Assembly: GCA_963713735.1 (NCBI GenBank)
Contig: CAVQND010000015.1
Location: forward strand, 8,095-72,094
Source of the DNA: an uncultured bacterium
GTDB taxonomy: Bacteria > Verrucomicrobiota > Verrucomicrobiia > Limisphaerales > UBA8199
Reading direction: 5' to 3'
DNA: 64,000 bases
Part shown: piece by piece, positions 48,373 to 56,313 of the stretch
Layout of the letters: each line of letters begins with the position of its first letter
Numbering within the stretch: position 1 is the first letter of the stretch
Translations under genes and position numbers: made by a program
The notes under the pieces: model-generated
What the model was told of the DNA's origin: nothing
Seen by the model: the letters and a program-made list of their open reading frames with translations, nothing else
Databases searched by the model: none

Positions 48373-48945
48373 TCAGGCGGGAGGTTGTTTGGCCACGATG
48401 ACGGCAGCGGGTCGGAGGAGGCGTTCGCCGAGGCGATAGCCTTTGCGGAGTTGCTGCACGACCTGGCCCTCGGGGGCGTCCAGGGTTTCCTGTTGGGCAA
48501 CCGCCTCGTGCAGCTTGGGGTCGAACGGCTGTCCGAGGGCGTTGACCTCGTCCAGGCCGGTGTCCTTGAGGGCAGTCCTGAGTTGCTGGTGAATCATGTT
48601 GATGCCGGTCTGAAGGGACCGGACTGCCTGGTCCGGGGCGGCTTGGGCAGAGGCCAGGGCGCTATCGAGGTTGTCCAACACCGGGATGAGCTTCGCAAGC
48701 AACGCCTCGTTGGCGTAGCGGGCGGCCTCCTGCTTCTCGCGCGCGGCGCGCTTCTTGTAATTGTCAAGGTCCGCCGAGGTCCGCAAGAGCCGTTCCCAGT
48801 GCTCGTCGGCCTTTGCGGCGCGTTCTTTCAAGTTCTCGAGTTGTTCAGGAGTTACGGCAGCCAATTCCACTGGGACCAACGGTTCCGCCCCTTGCGGTGG
48901 AACGGCGGGCTCCGAATTTGCATTTTCCACGTCAATATGTTTCAT
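48373..48945 (-). CDS. grpE: Nucleotide exchange factor GrpE
   Basis: ...[20 protein letters not shown]..., ...LIPVLDNLD..., ...[12 protein letters not shown]... motifs. Immediately upstream of dnaJ. Confidence 0.85.
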   Translation of the reverse strand: MKHIDVENANSEPAVPPQGAEPLVPVELAAVTPEQLENLKERAAKADEHWERLLRTSADLDNYKKRAAREKQEAARYANEALLAKLIPVLDNLDSALASAQAAPDQAVRSLQTGINMIHQQLRTALKDTGLDEVNALGQPFDPKLHEAVAQQETLDAPEGQVVQQLRKGYRLGERLLRPAAVIVAKQPPA

Positions 48946-49327
48946 GGAGCAGAAATCCCTCAAGCATCACGTTCGAAAAACGATAAACGATTATTGGTGG
49001 TCCGGCAAGGGAAAGCGTGGGGAGGCGGGGGAGCTCGTCGAGCGTGGAGCGTGGAGGTACTGCCGGGCCCGTGGGAGGAGCGACACACAACCTCGAAGAG
49101 AATAGCCGCGAAGAGGCACAAGGGGCCCAGCGCAGCGAAGCCGCAACCGAAGTCCTTGAACCCCAAAATAAACCCCGCCCGGCAAATTCGGTTGCAGAGG
49201 AGGTCTGAGGCTCCGCCTCGTTAGAAGAACCTCCCAAGGAATGCGCGATTTTGAACTATTGCACTGCACGCGCGACGGCTAGCCGAGGCCTGGAGAGGGC
49301 AAGGAGCGGGCCCGGCCACCGGCTACA

Positions 49328-49506
49328 CAGGGCCAGTGACAAAGTTCTCCGCAAACCATTGTAGGAGACGACGTGAGGAGTCTCTGGTTGATTCTTGGGC
49401 ACAGCGAAAGCCTGCTCCCCTCGGAGGCCATTGATCAGAGACTCCTTACGTCGTCTCCTACAGTCAGGGAATAGGGCCCGTTTCGGCGACTTTGTCAGCC
49501 GCCCTG
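49328..49506. repeat. 179-bp palindromic MITE/REP-like element, copy 2 (same orientation as 2129-2306)
   Basis: Near-identical to 2129-2306 along its full length, with a handful of substitutions. Confidence 0.85.
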
Positions 49507-49681
49507 CCGGCTACAAAGGGGGTATCGGATTATAGGTGCAATGGGGCCGCCGTTTCGGTAGGATGAGGGGTGAACCGATGAAACGTCATTGCGCCCCGGC
49601 AGAAGAGGGAGTTGGTTTAGTGCTTGCAGGGCAGGCGGGCGGGCTGTTTAATAGTGCCGATGAACTGAGCGAGGCTTATTT

Positions 49682-50251
49682 ATGGACGTGGTAATCTACT
49701 CAATCTGTTTCGGCGTCGGGCTGGTGTTTGCGGTGGTCAGCGCCTTTCTCGGGCATCTGTTTGGGGGACACGATATGGATGGGGGCCATATTGACCTGGG
49801 CACCGGGGGACATGCGGAGGCTGGATTCCAGGAGACGGGCATGCCGGGGCTCTCGCCGTTCAGTCCCACGACCATTACGTCGTTTATCACTGCTTTTGGC
49901 GGTCTCGGTTTGATTTTCACGCGCCTCGAGGCGACGCGCAGTCCGTGGGTGAGCGCGCCGCTGGCGACCCTGGGCGCCCTGATGATAGCCGCCAGTGTGG
50001 TCGCGTTGTTTGGGTGGATATTTCACCATACCCAGAGTTCGAGTGAATCGCGCATCGGGACCCTGACCGGGATGACCGGCACGATTATCACGCCCATACC
50101 GGCCAACGGGGTCGGTGAGATTGCTTATGTCCAGGCGGGCACGCGCTACACGGCCCCGGCGCGTGATGAGCGGGGCGCACCGGTCCCCAATGGCCAAACA
50201 GTCAAGATCGTCCGCATCGTCGGCTCGCAGTTTTACGTCGTTCCAGTCTGA
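49682..50251 (+). CDS. NfeD-family membrane protein
   Basis: Hydrophobic N-terminal half and C-terminal OB-like ...GEIAYVQAGTRYTAPARDE...VKIVRIVGSQFYVVP. Directly upstream of flotillin. Confidence 0.75.
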   Translation: MDVVIYSICFGVGLVFAVVSAFLGHLFGGHDMDGGHIDLGTGGHAEAGFQETGMPGLSPFSPTTITSFITAFGGLGLIFTRLEATRSPWVSAPLATLGALMIAASVVALFGWIFHHTQSSSESRIGTLTGMTGTIITPIPANGVGEIAYVQAGTRYTAPARDERGAPVPNGQTVKIVRIVGSQFYVVPV

Positions 50252-50295
50252 TTGGGCAGCCAATCGCCAACCTAACCCTCAACCGAACAGTATCT

Positions 50296-51825
50296 ATGAA
50301 CTTACCTCCCCTCCTCGCTGAAGTGTCGAACCCGGGCGCCATAGCCGTTGTGGTGGCCGGGTTGGTGGTCATGATTTTCATCCTGCTGGCCATTTGGGCC
50401 GGTCGTTACACGAAGGTCGGTCCGAACCAGGTGCTGATCGTGTCCGGGCGCAAGCATCGCTACCTTGACCCTGATGGGAGCGTGCAGGCGCGGGGATTTC
50501 GGGTGGTCAAAGGCGGCGGGACGTTCATCATCCCGGTGCTGGAGAAGATGGACGTGCTGTCCCTCGAGCTGCTGACGATTGATGTGCAAACGCCGGAGGT
50601 CTATACCAGCAAGGGGGTGCCGGTGATGGTGGACGGGGTAGCGCAGATCAAGGTCAAAGGGGATGACATCTCGATTTCCACGGCCTCCGAACAATTCCTG
50701 AGCAAGGGGACCGACAACATCAAGAGCATCGCGATGCAAACGCTGGAGGGCCACTTGCGCGCGATTCTGGGGACGATGACGGTTGAAGATATTTATCAAA
50801 ACCGCAACCAGTTTGCGTCGAAGGTGCAGGAGGTTGCCGCCGGGGACATGGCGAACATGGGGTTGGGGATTGTCAGTTTCACGATACGTGACATCCGGGA
50901 CAAGCAGGGCTACCTGGACGCCTTGGGCAAGCCGCGCATCGCGCAGGTCAAACGCGACGCCCAGATCGCCCAGGCCGAGGCGGACCGGGATGCGATGATA
51001 CGTTCCTCCCAGGCCCAACAGGCGGGCCAGGAGGCCAAATTCGCCGCCGATTCGAAGATCGCCGAGGCGCAGCGGGATTACTCGATGAACGTGCAGAACT
51101 ATACGGCGTCGGTGAACGAAAAGAAGGCCACCGCGGACCTGGCCTATGATTTGCAGAAGTACAAGACCGGCCAGCTCGTCAAGGCCGAGGAGATCCAGGT
51201 CACGATTGTCGAGAAGCAGAAGCAGATCGAACTGCAAGAGCAGGAAATCCGGCGCAAGCAGAAGGAACTCGAGGCAAACGTGCAGAAACCGGCCGACGCC
51301 GAGCGGTACCGGGTCGAGACGCTGGCCAACGCGCGGAAGTTCCAGTTGGAGACCGAGGCGGTCGGCTCGGCAGCCGCCACGAAGGCCACCGGCTTTGCGA
51401 ATGCGAATGTCGTCAAGGCCACCGGCATCGCCGAGGCGGAGGCGCAAAAGGCCAAGGGACTGGCGCAGGCCAGTATTATCGAAGCCCAAGGCAAAGCGAC
51501 CGCCGAGGCGATGCGGGTGAAGGCGGAGTCGTTCAAGCAATACAACGAGGCGGCGGTGGTGGAGATGATAATCCGGGTGCTTCCCGAGGTGGCCGGCAAG
51601 ATCAGCGAACCGCTCTCCAAGACTGAGAAGATGGTGATCATCAACTCGGGCAGCGGCGTGGGGGGCGGCGCCAGCAAGTTGACCGGGGATGTCACGCAAA
51701 TCGTGGCCCAACTGCCGCCGATCATCGAGAGTTTGACCGGCATCAAATTCGAGAAACTGATCGAGCGAGTGCCGGGTTTGACGAGGGCCCCGAGCGCTCC
51801 TGTGGCGGAAGAGCACAAGAAGTAG
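50296..51825 (+). CDS. Flotillin-like SPFH/band-7 protein (FloT/YuaG type)
   Basis: N-terminal membrane hairpin, SPFH domain and a long Ala/Glu/Gln-rich coiled-coil (flotillin repeats). Confidence 0.85.
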   Translation: MNLPPLLAEVSNPGAIAVVVAGLVVMIFILLAIWAGRYTKVGPNQVLIVSGRKHRYLDPDGSVQARGFRVVKGGGTFIIPVLEKMDVLSLELLTIDVQTPEVYTSKGVPVMVDGVAQIKVKGDDISISTASEQFLSKGTDNIKSIAMQTLEGHLRAILGTMTVEDIYQNRNQFASKVQEVAAGDMANMGLGIVSFTIRDIRDKQGYLDALGKPRIAQVKRDAQIAQAEADRDAMIRSSQAQQAGQEAKFAADSKIAEAQRDYSMNVQNYTASVNEKKATADLAYDLQKYKTGQLVKAEEIQVTIVEKQKQIELQEQEIRRKQKELEANVQKPADAERYRVETLANARKFQLETEAVGSAAATKATGFANANVVKATGIAEAEAQKAKGLAQASIIEAQGKATAEAMRVKAESFKQYNEAAVVEMIIRVLPEVAGKISEPLSKTEKMVIINSGSGVGGGASKLTGDVTQIVAQLPPIIESLTGIKFEKLIERVPGLTRAPSAPVAEEHKK

Positions 51826-51880
51826 GCGGCGGCACAGGGGCGCGGCGGCCTTGGTGGGCGCTTGCTGTTTGGACAATGTT

Positions 51881-52507
51881 ATGCGGCTGTTCGATGCGAT
51901 TATAGACGCCAATCACCGGGCGCTGGGGGGCGATGCCTCGGCGGGGCTGCACCCGGCGGATTTCGGGCAGGAGCTGCCGATGGTGGCGCTAACGTGCATT
52001 GATGTGCGGCTGAACCGGCTGCTGCCGCAGGTGCTGGGCGTGGCGGAAGACCAATTCATCTGGCTGCGCAACGCGGGCAACATCATTACCGGTCCGCTGA
52101 GCAGCACGATGCGCTCACTGGCCCTGGCGTGCGCGCTCAAAGGAGGGCAGAGCGTGGCCATCATTGGCCATACCGACTGCCAGGTCGGCAAATTCACGAC
52201 GATGGAGTTGATCGAGCGTTTTCAGGCGCTGGGCATCCCACGGGAGCGTTTGCCTGAAAACGTCAACGAGTATTTCGGGACCTTTGCCAGCGAGCGGGCC
52301 AATGTCATCAAGGCAGTCAATGTCGTCCGGCACAGCCCGCTGATTAGTCCCCGGATGGCGGTGCACGGGCTGATGGTGGATACGGCCAGCGGCAGGCTGG
52401 ACTGGGTGGTCAACGGCTACCAGGACCTCGAAGACCCTGAGGCGCTCAAATGCCGGACCGGGCGCACCACCCGGCCCGATCAAGCCGATTGGCGCTTTCG
52501 ATCTTAG
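51881..52507 (+). CDS. Beta-class carbonic anhydrase-like protein
   Basis: Zinc ligand motifs C-I-D-V-R and G-H-T-D-C. Confidence 0.7.
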   Translation: MRLFDAIIDANHRALGGDASAGLHPADFGQELPMVALTCIDVRLNRLLPQVLGVAEDQFIWLRNAGNIITGPLSSTMRSLALACALKGGQSVAIIGHTDCQVGKFTTMELIERFQALGIPRERLPENVNEYFGTFASERANVIKAVNVVRHSPLISPRMAVHGLMVDTASGRLDWVVNGYQDLEDPEALKCRTGRTTRPDQADWRFRS

Positions 52508-52714
52508 CGCCCTGAAATTTCCTAAGGTGAAGATTGGGGGGACCGTCTCGAGCATCGGCGATTGGGCGGGGCACAAGAGTGAGCCTGCCGGCACGGGAGA
52601 GCCACCCCAGGCGCCGGAACCTCAGCCCCAGCCGCCCCCGAGGATCCCCGTGCCTCCGCCCCTCAAACCCGCGCTGCACTTCCATAAAGGACCTAAGTAT
52701 GTCCACCCCAAGGC

Positions 52715-53362
52715 ATGACAGACCCGCTGGCAAAGCAGCGCCGCGGCTGCTTCTTTTACGGATGCCTGGCCAGTTCGGCGCTGGTGCTGGCGATGCTGAC
52801 CACGGCCTTCCTGGGCTTATGGTACATCAAGCGGGCGCTTAACGAGTTTACGGACACCGGGCCCATACCGGCGCCGGTGGCTCAAGTTTCGGCGGCCCAG
52901 GGTGAGGAGGTCCGGCAACGGTTCGAGGCCTTCGGGCAGGCCGTCCGCGACCATCGGCCCGCGGTCCCGCTGGTGATGAGCGCTGACGACATCAACGCCC
53001 TGATTGCGACCAATCCGCGCCTCGAGGCCTTGAGAGGCAAACTCTACCTGATTATCGAGGGCAGCCGCGTGAAGGGGTTGGTGAGTGTGCCGCTTTCAGA
53101 AGTGGGCCTGAAAATCTTCGCGGGCCGTTACCTGAATGGCATTGCGACTTTTGGCTTCTCGCTCAATAGGGGCGTCCTCGGGGTCCGGGTCGAGGACTTC
53201 CAGGTGAGGGGCAAATCGCTGCCCAAGCTCTTGCTGAACCGAATCCGCAAACAGGACCTGGCGCAGAGACTCAAGCCCGACCCGCACGCTGCCAGCGCGC
53301 TGGACCGGCTTCAAGACCTTGGCGTCAGGGACGGCAAGCTCGTTATCGTGCCGGCTCCTTAG
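52715..53362 (+). CDS. Membrane-anchored hypothetical protein
   Basis: One TM segment (CLASSALVLAMLTTAFLGLWY). Intact 215-aa ORF. The ATG overlaps the stop of the upstream Pro-rich ORF (ATGA). Confidence 0.5.
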   Translation: MTDPLAKQRRGCFFYGCLASSALVLAMLTTAFLGLWYIKRALNEFTDTGPIPAPVAQVSAAQGEEVRQRFEAFGQAVRDHRPAVPLVMSADDINALIATNPRLEALRGKLYLIIEGSRVKGLVSVPLSEVGLKIFAGRYLNGIATFGFSLNRGVLGVRVEDFQVRGKSLPKLLLNRIRKQDLAQRLKPDPHAASALDRLQDLGVRDGKLVIVPAP

Positions 53363-53411
53363 CCGCTCCAGCTCTGTTTCCTCCGTTACCTTCTGTTGGT
53401 TCCTGAACCGC

Positions 53412-54635
53412 TCAGACGGCCAGGAGTTGCTGGACGGAAATGCCGCGCAACTCGAAGAGGCGGCGGATGGCGTCTTCGATGAGGTTGTTGGGGCAGGAGG
53501 CGCCGGCGGTGATGCCGACGGTGACCTTTCCCCGGGGGAGCCAATGGCGCGTCATGATTTCCGCGTGTCTGTGCTGGTCGTAATGGAGGATGGAATCGTC
53601 GGACTTCATCTTGGCGGCATTCTTGATGAAATAGGTGGGCAGTTTGGCCTCTCCCATTTCGGCTAGGTGGGAGGTATTGGAGGAATTATAGCCGCCGATG
53701 ACCAGGAGCAGGTCGGGCGGTTCGCGCAAGAGTTTTTCCAGGGCGTCCTGCCGGTCCTGGGTTGCGCCGCAGATGGTGTCGAAGAAGCGAAAATGTTCCG
53801 GCAGGGCTGATTCGCCGAATTTTCTGGCCATGGCCGCCTTGAGCCGCCGCTGCACCTCCTCGGTTTCGCCGCGCAGCATCGTGGTTTGGTTGGCCACGCC
53901 GATGGCCTGCAAATGAATGTCCGGGTCGAAGCCTTCCGAGTAGGCCCCCTTGAATTTCTCGAGGAATTCCTCTTTACGACTGCCGTGGATGATGTAGTCG
54001 CAGAGGTAATCGGTTTCGGCGAGCGTGAAGACCACCAGGTAATGGCCGGCGCCGCTGGCGCGCGCCTGGGAGGTGGTGGCCATGGTTTCTTCGTGCCGCG
54101 CCTTGCCATGGATGATGCTGGTGACGGAGTCTTTGGAGTACTGGCGCACGCGTTTCCAGACGCTCATCACGTCCCCGCAGGTCGTATCAACGAACAGGCA
54201 GCCCTTTTCCTCGAGTTTCCGGCGGGTGGAGACCTCGGTGCCGAAGGCCGGGATAATGACGATGTCCTCGGGCCGGAGTTGGTTGATCTCCTCATCCCGG
54301 GGATGGCCGGCGATGGTGACAATGCCCATGCGGCGAAGCTGATCGTTGACTTCCGGGTTATGAATGATCTCGCCCAGGAGGAAGATCCGCCGGTCGGGGT
54401 AGGCGCGGCGGGCGGCGTAGGCGAGGTCAATGGCGCGCTCGACGCCGTAACAGAAGCCAAATTCCTTTGCCAGCTTGATGGTCAGATCTCCGGCCGAGAG
54501 GATATGGCCGCTGGCGCGAATCCGTTCCACCAGGTCGCTGCGGTAATGCGAGAGCACCTGGGCCTGCACCGCCGCCATGATGTCAGGCCGGCGCAGATTG
54601 ACCTTCTGAGGCATTGGCGGGGCTGCCGTTGACAT
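53412..54635 (-). CDS. ispH: 4-hydroxy-3-methylbut-2-enyl diphosphate reductase (long-form IspH/LytB)
   Basis: ...EFGFCYGVERAI..., ...VDTTCGDV..., ...FDTICGATQDRQ... (three Cys ligand regions), ...GGYNSSNTSHL.... Confidence 0.85.
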   Translation of the reverse strand: MSTAAPPMPQKVNLRRPDIMAAVQAQVLSHYRSDLVERIRASGHILSAGDLTIKLAKEFGFCYGVERAIDLAYAARRAYPDRRIFLLGEIIHNPEVNDQLRRMGIVTIAGHPRDEEINQLRPEDIVIIPAFGTEVSTRRKLEEKGCLFVDTTCGDVMSVWKRVRQYSKDSVTSIIHGKARHEETMATTSQARASGAGHYLVVFTLAETDYLCDYIIHGSRKEEFLEKFKGAYSEGFDPDIHLQAIGVANQTTMLRGETEEVQRRLKAAMARKFGESALPEHFRFFDTICGATQDRQDALEKLLREPPDLLLVIGGYNSSNTSHLAEMGEAKLPTYFIKNAAKMKSDDSILHYDQHRHAEIMTRHWLPRGKVTVGITAGASCPNNLIEDAIRRLFELRGISVQQLLAV

Positions 54636-54690
54636 ACTGGGCAGAATCTAGCACAGCCCCCCGGAGCGTCCAGCACAAAGCCTCCATTTC

Positions 54691-54786
54691 CAGCAATTCT
54701 CATTTTGGGGCCCTGCCGCATGAATGCGGCAGCGAGGCGCCGAAGCGAGAACGGCCGGGCTCCGAAAGCCAAAATGAGAATTGCTG
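54691..54786. repeat. 96-nt element: 18-bp perfect inverted repeat enclosing an 8-bp hairpin
   Basis: cagcaattctcattttgg (54691-54708) is the exact reverse complement of 54769-54786. Inner hairpin ctgccgca-tgaa-tgcggcag (54713-54732). Confidence 0.8.
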
Positions 54787-54799
54787 CTCCATTTCGTTA

Positions 54800-54828
54800 T
54801 TGCGCAACGCTGCGGTTGTGGGATACTT
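54800..54828 (+). promoter_or_regulatory. Sigma-70-like promoter candidate for tRNA-Pro
   Basis: ttgcgc, a 17-nt spacer, then atactt, ending 14 nt before the tRNA 5' end. Pattern match only. Confidence 0.3.
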
Positions 54829-54841
54829 GCACTTCCGGCTC

Positions 54842-54919
54842 CGGAGCGTAGCTCAGCCTGGCTAGAGCACTTGGTTTGGGACCAAGACGTTGCAGGTTCA
54901 AATCCTGTCGCTCCGACCA
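54842..54919 (+). tRNA. tRNA-Pro (anticodon UGG), CCA encoded
   Basis: Hand-folded cloverleaf. Acceptor CGGAGCG/CGCUCCG, D stem GCUC/GAGC, anticodon stem CUUGG/CCAAG with loop UUUGGGA, 5-nt variable loop, T stem GCAGG/CCUGU with loop UUCAAAU, discriminator A, then CCA. Confidence 0.9.
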
Positions 54920-54998
54920 CCACTTTACACCGGAAAACACGGCAGGAACGTCACGCGCGGCAGAAGATTGGGGAGTCAGGACGCTGAAACGAAGCCAA

Positions 54999-55334
54999 TT
55001 GAAGGCCAAAGCCGCCCGTTACACGAAACTAGTGGAGTGGAGCGACGAGGACGGTTGCTTTGTCGGCAGCGCCCCGCCGCTAATCGGCCCATGCTGTCAC
55101 GGCCGGGACGAGGCCAGGGTGTACGCGCAACTCTGCCGGATCGTCGAGGAGTGGATTGAAATTCTCGAAACTGACGGGCGCGAGCTGCCCGATCCCCTGG
55201 GCAAGGCCAGCGATTTCAGCGGCAAGTTTGTGTTGCGGCTTGAACCGGCGTTGCACCGCCGCCTGGCAGCCAAAGCCCTCGCCGCCGGCGAAAGCCTGAA
55301 CAGCTTCTGCGTCAAAACGCTGTGCAAAGCATGA
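54999..55334 (+). CDS. hicB: HicB-family antitoxin (no hicA partner found)
   Basis: ...YTKLVEWSDEDGCFVGSAPPLIGPCCHGRDEARVYAQLCRIVEEWIE... (HicB fold) plus C-terminal RHH-type ...GKFVLRLEPALHRRLAAKALAAGESLNSF.... The start is uncertain (TTG 54999 or CTG 54984). The ORF as called overlaps the tRNA. Confidence 0.65.
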   Translation: MKAKAARYTKLVEWSDEDGCFVGSAPPLIGPCCHGRDEARVYAQLCRIVEEWIEILETDGRELPDPLGKASDFSGKFVLRLEPALHRRLAAKALAAGESLNSFCVKTLCKA

Positions 55335-55432
55335 CGCAAAAAGGGCTCGCCACGAAAACGGAGGCCGAGAAATGGTTTACCGTCTCTCCGCAGCAGCCCG
55401 GCAACGTGGTCCAGCTTGGAAGAACCGCCTGA

Positions 55433-56300
55433 GAGACTAGCAGCCTGTCGGACTTAGAAACCGATTTCGGTGGCTGGACCCCATCACCAGATCCCGCTGC
55501 TCACAAAAATCAAGAAAAAAGCAGACTCCAGCGAGGGGAGCCCCTGGCTGGGGCAATCTCTGCCGTAAACGGGCGGGCCTGTCGGCGGCCCAGAGCCGCG
55601 GACGGGGGCTGGTGAGCCGCTCCAGCCAACGTCCAGGCCGCAACGTCAACAACTGACTGCCGCTCAGAAAGCGCTTCCTTCTCTGAAACCACTGAGGAGG
55701 GCGTCTTGGAACAGCCGAACCGTGATAGGAACGGTGAAGGCTCTGATGACCGGGAGATGAGCGATCAAATGAACTCCGTCAGCCGACGGGGTAGAGGTCG
55801 CGGCATGGACGGAAGGTATGTCAAAGCAAAGAAGGGAAGGTGAGCCGAACGGCCCGCGAGGGCAAAGACCGCCCAGAGCAAGCCGAACAGGCCCAAGCTG
55901 CACGGAGTTCGCCAGACCGCCGCATCAGGCCGTAGTAGCGTTTGCAGGCGAGGGGACAAAAAACCGTACTGAGCCAAGGGCCCGTGGGCACAGCCGCGAT
56001 CCGATACATCTGGACTCTGAGCCAGACACGGAAAGGAACGCAGCCTCCGCGTCAAACGCCGCCGGGGACGGCTGCGGAAGGGCGCGGAGCGACAAGGCTG
56101 GCTGACGACCGTACCGGAAAACTCACCCTGCGGGATGAACAGAGGGGGTGGGGGAAACGTGGGCAGCACCCGATGGCCATTCGCAACGATGCTCGAAAGG
56201 GCAGAAACACACCAAGCCATTGGTCCAAGCCGTCCGCGCCTCCACTCCACTCGACCAGTCGTTGGTCAATAAAGAAACTGCCGCCCCGCGGCGATTTCTG
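55433..56300 (+). ncRNA. Candidate large structured RNA / giant structured leader (class unknown)
   Basis: No credible ORF in any frame across ~980 bp. Purine-rich plus strand with GNRA-capped helices (55852-55863 GCGA loop, 56191-56202 GAAA loop), a tandem-G.A symmetric helix at 55713-55742, pseudoknot-compatible segments at 56039-56088 and an 11-bp hairpin at 56273-56299. Confidence 0.45.
55521..55665 (+). ncRNA. Conserved ~145-nt structured module, copy B (paralog of 40013-40156)
   Basis: Same order of conserved blocks as copy A. Helices keep their position but change sequence: GCGGC-CCAGA-GCCGC here vs GGCG-CAAGUCAU-CGCC in A. The outer helix CUCCAGC/GCUGGGG needs a U.G pair, which is valid only on the plus strand. 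Confidence 0.5.
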
Positions 56301-56313
56301 GTAAGCTCCCGCC

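Noticed and set aside
48946-49327. CIRCE (HrcA) operator upstream of grpE-dnaJ
   Set aside because: No ttagcactc-N9-gagtgctaa-like inverted repeat was found. Only a weak sigma-70-like pattern (ttgccg, 17 nt, tatcgt on the minus strand, 49008-48980) is present, which is too weak to report as a feature.
50302-51912. 536-aa ORF on the minus strand
   Set aside because: Antisense shadow of the flotillin gene. Leu/Arg/Gly/Asp-rich repeats mirror the coiled-coil codons of the real gene.
55433-56300. Group II intron (ORF-less) as an explanation for the structured region
   Set aside because: No GUGYG-like 5' end, no ~34-nt domain-V hairpin with the AGC triad and bulge, no reverse-transcriptase ORF, and no obvious interrupted host gene.
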